NCBI GenBank assembly: GCA_041611735.1 | Contig: JBFIML010000014.1 | Span: forward strand, 9,921 to 73,920 | DNA: 64,000 bases | Direction of reading: 5' to 3' | Source: Myxococcota bacterium | Lineage (GTDB): Bacteria > Myxococcota_A > UBA9160 > PR03 | In this document: piece by piece, positions 60,738 to 64,000 of the stretch | Position numbering within the stretch: position 1 is the first letter of the stretch | How the letters are laid out: each line of letters starts with the position of its first letter | Program-made: the position numbers and the translations under genes | The notes under the pieces: generated by a model | Databases searched by the model: none | Told to the model about the DNA's origin: nothing | The model's input: only the letters and a program-made list of their open reading frames with translations

Positions 60738-62194
60738 GCTCCCTCCTCGGTCTCGAAGTACACGGACTTGCTCTCCAGGTAGGCCTCGAGGCCCGCCGGG
60801 CCCAGCTCGCGGCCCAGGCCGCTGCGCTTCCAGCCTCCGAAGGGCGCCTCCAGATAGACGCTGCGGCTCGAGTTGACCGACAGCACGCCCGTCTCCAGGG
60901 CCCGGGCGACCCGCAGGGCGCGCTTGGCGTCGCGCGTCCACAGCGATCCCGAGAGGCCGTACTCCGAATCGTTGGCCAGGGCCACGGCCTCCTCCTCGTC
61001 CCGAAAGGGCAGGACCGCCAGCACCGGGCCGAAGATCTCCTCGCGGGCGATGCGCATGTCGGGCGCGACGCGGTCGAAGAGCGCCGGACGCAGGAAGGCG
61101 CCGCGGCCGAGCTCCCCCTCCCCGGGCACCTCGCCTCCGCACACGAGCCGGGCGCCCTCGCGGCGCCCCACCTCGAGATAGCCGAGCACGCGCTCCCGGT
61201 GCGCCGGCGAGATGAGGCAGCCCACCTGGGTGCGCTCGTCCAGGGGATCGCCCACGCGCAAGGCGCGGGTCGCGGCCGCGAAGCGCTCCACGAAGGCCGC
61301 GTGCACCGGCTCCTCCACCAGCACCCGGCTGCGCGCGCAGCAGTCCTGCCCCGCGTTCCCGAACGCCGCCAGGAGCGAACTCTCCACGCAGCGCTCGAGG
61401 TCCGCATCCGCGAACACGAGGTTGGCGGACTTGCCGCCGAGCTCGAGCGAGACCCGCTTGATGTCGGGGGCGGCCAGCCGCAGGATCTCGGCCCCGTTGG
61501 CGCTGTCGCCCGTGAAGGAGACCTTCGCCACCTGAGGGTGGCCCGCCAGGGCCGCCCCCGCCGAGGCGCCGGGTCCGGGCAGGACGTTCACCACGCCGTT
61601 CGGGAGACCCGCCGCGGCGGCCAGCTCCGCCAGGCGCAGGGCCGTGAGCGGTGTGGCGCTGGCCGGCTTGAGCACGACCGTATTGCCGGCGGCCAGGGCG
61701 GGAGCCAGCTTCCAGCAGGCGATCAGCAGTGGGAAGTTCCAGGGCACGATGAGGCCGCACACGCCGAGGGGCTGGCGCAGCACCACCGCGAGCCCCCGGG
61801 CGTCCACGGGGGGCACGGAACCTCCCAGGCACGCCGCCGCGCCCGCGAAGTAGTCGAGGCAGGCGGCGGCGGTCCCCACCTCCCAGCGGGCATCCGCAAT
61901 GGGCTTGCCGACGTTGCGCGCCTCGAGCCGGGCCAGGGCCTCGGCGTCGGCCCGGACGCGGTCCGCGAAGGCGCGCAGGGCACGCCCCCGCTCCGCGGCG
62001 CTGGCCCGCGGCCAGGGGCCGTGGCGGAAGGCGCCTCGGGCCGCATGCACCGCCCGCTCCACGTCCGCGGGGGCCGCCTGGGCCACCCGGGCCAGCCGTC
62101 TACCCGTGGCGGGCTCCCAGACGTCCGCAGCGCTGCCGTCCTCGGCCGGGATGGCAGCGCCGTCGATCCACAGCCCCTGTGCGGTCTCCCCCAC
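60734..62194 (-). CDS. aldehyde dehydrogenase
   Basis: PWNFP, FTG, LELGGKS, GQDCCA, EEIFGP. Confidence 0.94.
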   Translation of the reverse strand: MGETAQGLWIDGAAIPAEDGSAADVWEPATGRRLARVAQAAPADVERAVHAARGAFRHGPWPRASAAERGRALRAFADRVRADAEALARLEARNVGKPIADARWEVGTAAACLDYFAGAAACLGGSVPPVDARGLAVVLRQPLGVCGLIVPWNFPLLIACWKLAPALAAGNTVVLKPASATPLTALRLAELAAAAGLPNGVVNVLPGPGASAGAALAGHPQVAKVSFTGDSANGAEILRLAAPDIKRVSLELGGKSANLVFADADLERCVESSLLAAFGNAGQDCCARSRVLVEEPVHAAFVERFAAATRALRVGDPLDERTQVGCLISPAHRERVLGYLEVGRREGARLVCGGEVPGEGELGRGAFLRPALFDRVAPDMRIAREEIFGPVLAVLPFRDEEEAVALANDSEYGLSGSLWTRDAKRALRVARALETGVLSVNSSRSVYLEAPFGGWKRSGLGRELGPAGLEAYLESKSVYFETEEGA

Positions 62195-62261
62195 GCGCCC
62201 TCCCGAAAGGCGGGCAGCATATCGCAGGGGACGCTCGCGGGGCGGCGCTGCGCGCCGTGGC

Positions 62262-63713
62262 TCAGTCGCGCCCGCGGAGGACGGCGCGCTTCTTGAGGGA
62301 CGTGATGGCGGCTCGGATCTCCGCATCGGCTTCGGGAATCACGTCGAGGATGCGGCGCACGGTGAAGGCCGCGGCGGCCAGCTCCACCACCGCCTCCTCC
62401 ACCTGGGTCAAGGGCGTCTCGACGCTCCGCAGGCGTTCGTGGTCCACGGCGAGCCGGGCGTCCAGGGCAAGCTCGGGCAGCCCCAGGCGCTTCTCCTCGT
62501 CGAGGCGGCGCAGGGCGTCGAGCAGGGCCGCCTCCAGGGAGGGAGTCGGCTGGTCCCCGGACGGCGAATCCACGTGGTTGCGGAACTCGAACTCCCCGTC
62601 GTTCCAGGTGAGCAGCCGGGCCAGGGCCTTCGGCCCCGTGACCGGACCGAGCTCCGCCGCCACCAGCCTTCCGTGCTCGAAGGCGACGGTTCCTTCCTCG
62701 GTGCCGCGCGCCAGGGTCACGGTGCCGCGCGGTCCGCAGGAGGCGAACATCTGGATCAGACTCGCCACGCCCATCTCCTCGATGGGGCCGCGGATGCCCT
62801 CGCGCCGGCGCGTCTCCTCGAGCTGCTGCAGGTCCTCGATGAAGCGGGTCACCTCCGCAGCGCGCCCCAGGGCCGGCTCGAAGCGGATCGCCACCGCCGG
62901 GACCGTGCCCTCCCCTTCCAGGTGACGGACCACGCAGCCCTCGACCTCGAGCGAATCACCGCGCACGGGGTGCGTGAAGCGGAGCCCCATCCGCCGGCCG
63001 ACCGGAAGCTCTGCGCCCTCCACCGTGAGCAGCACCCCCGAGCGGCTCAAGTCACGGGTGCGCGCTTCGAGCTCGATGCCCGTGGCGGTGCGCACCTGCA
63101 CGAGAATGCGGGCGATCTCCCGGGGCGAGTCGCGACGCTCTTGCGGCTTTCGTTGGGCGTTCGGCGCGGGGGCGGCGACGGGCGCCGGGGGCGCCTCTTC
63201 CACGGGCGTGTCGAGCTCCAGGGGCTCGAGCAGGGAGAACTCGGGATCCAGGTCTTCACCGCAATCCGTATCTCCGGGCAGACCGAGGTCGAGCAGCTCG
63301 TCCGACTCCGGACCGAGCGTCACGCGGCGGGCCGCGGCCCGATCACGCTCGGGAGCCGGAAGCGGACGCACGTGGGCTGCGTCGAGAAAGGGCTCCAGGC
63401 GCTCGCGGAGCTCATCCACGTCGGCGAGGAGCTGGACCGCGACACCCGGCTCCGCTCCCGGAGGCGCCACGTCGGCGGGCAGGCTCAACACGACCTCCGC
63501 CGGATAGCGAAGCGTCATGCCACAGAACTGGAGATGCAGCGTCACCTCCACCATCTCGCGCATCTCGAAGCGGTCGCGGGTGGGCACGAACGCGCCCCCC
63601 TTGTGGAGGTTGCGCGCGTACTCCGCCCGCAACGCTGCCGGATCGGCGAGCGTGAGGGCGAGGCTCCGCCCGCCCTGGGGCAGGGCGCAGGCGTCTCCCG
63701 CCGGGTCCCTCAT
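62262..63713 (-). CDS. PilZ + DUF4388/PatA-like domain protein
   Basis: NLHKGGAFV first PilZ-like domain; RRDSPR and DLSRSG in the second; GTVAFEHGRLVAA..LLTWNDGEFEF. Confidence 0.82.
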   Translation of the reverse strand: MRDPAGDACALPQGGRSLALTLADPAALRAEYARNLHKGGAFVPTRDRFEMREMVEVTLHLQFCGMTLRYPAEVVLSLPADVAPPGAEPGVAVQLLADVDELRERLEPFLDAAHVRPLPAPERDRAAARRVTLGPESDELLDLGLPGDTDCGEDLDPEFSLLEPLELDTPVEEAPPAPVAAPAPNAQRKPQERRDSPREIARILVQVRTATGIELEARTRDLSRSGVLLTVEGAELPVGRRMGLRFTHPVRGDSLEVEGCVVRHLEGEGTVPAVAIRFEPALGRAAEVTRFIEDLQQLEETRRREGIRGPIEEMGVASLIQMFASCGPRGTVTLARGTEEGTVAFEHGRLVAAELGPVTGPKALARLLTWNDGEFEFRNHVDSPSGDQPTPSLEAALLDALRRLDEEKRLGLPELALDARLAVDHERLRSVETPLTQVEEAVVELAAAAFTVRRILDVIPEADAEIRAAITSLKKRAVLRGRD

Positions 63714-63741
63714 GGGGCCGTGAGACCTCCCTTCCTCGACC

Positions 63742-63768
63742 CTATCGGCGGTCCGTTGGCAGGCCTGA
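63742..63768 (-). promoter_or_regulatory. putative sigma28-family promoter of the PilZ gene
   Basis: TCAG-N15-GCCGATAG followed by SD GGAGG. Confidence 0.6.
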
Positions 63769-63782
63769 TGCCCGAGAATGGA

Positions 63783-64000
63783 TTACCCTGGGGGAATAAG
63801 TCCCCTTGGGGACCAGCCCCGCTGGCGGGCGGCCTGGACCAGGGCCGCGAACAGCTTGCGCTGGGGCGACCCCTCCTCCAGGTCCAGCTCCGGGTGCCAC
63901 TGCACCGCCAGCACCTCGGGACGGTCCGCCAGCTCCAGGGCCTCCACCGTTCCATCCTCGGCCCAGGCCACTGCCCGCAGCCCGCGCCCCGGACGGGCCA
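63783..64000 (-). CDS. gamma-glutamyl-gamma-aminobutyrate hydrolase family (peptidase C26), C-terminal fragment
   Basis: GLRAVAWAEDGTVEALE..VLAVQWHPE..LFAALV. Confidence 0.85.
   Translation of the reverse strand, partial: ARPGRGLRAVAWAEDGTVEALELADRPEVLAVQWHPELDLEEGSPQRKLFAALVQAARQRGWSPRGLIPPG

Overview
Very GC-rich bacterial chromosome segment (roughly 70-75% GC by eye). Gene content suggests Myxococcota/deltaproteobacteria, which is an inference. It holds about 68 CDS and two tRNAs (Cys-GCA, Gly-GCC); no CRISPR array, integrase or transposase was seen. The left half is mostly housekeeping: sugar ABC transporter, crcB, complex I subunits nuoB/I/C/D flanking lpdA-E2-lipB-lipA, heme genes, ispH, clpS-clpA and a Mg2+/K+ transport cluster. 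Four things stand out. (1) Two unrelated secreted proteins (trypsin-like protease, CAP protein) share Cys/Asp-rich repeats and a near-identical C-terminal CGLGFELALLLPPL-xx-LR-Arg-rich tail, a candidate Cys-containing sorting signal; an ICMT-family methyltransferase gene lies between them. (2) A type IV pilus/T2SS-like locus has a built-in signalling circuit (HK, RR, HD-GYP, GGDEF), a STAS-MshEN-ATPase fusion, and minor pilins with DNRLRE and Asp-rich cargo. (3) Four sigma28-like promoters occur, three preceded by a TCCCC-N2-GGGGA-type palindrome. (4) TAnnnT boxes recur 6-8 nt before SD-less start codons, suggesting leaderless mRNAs. All calls come from motif recognition by eye; no database searches were run.
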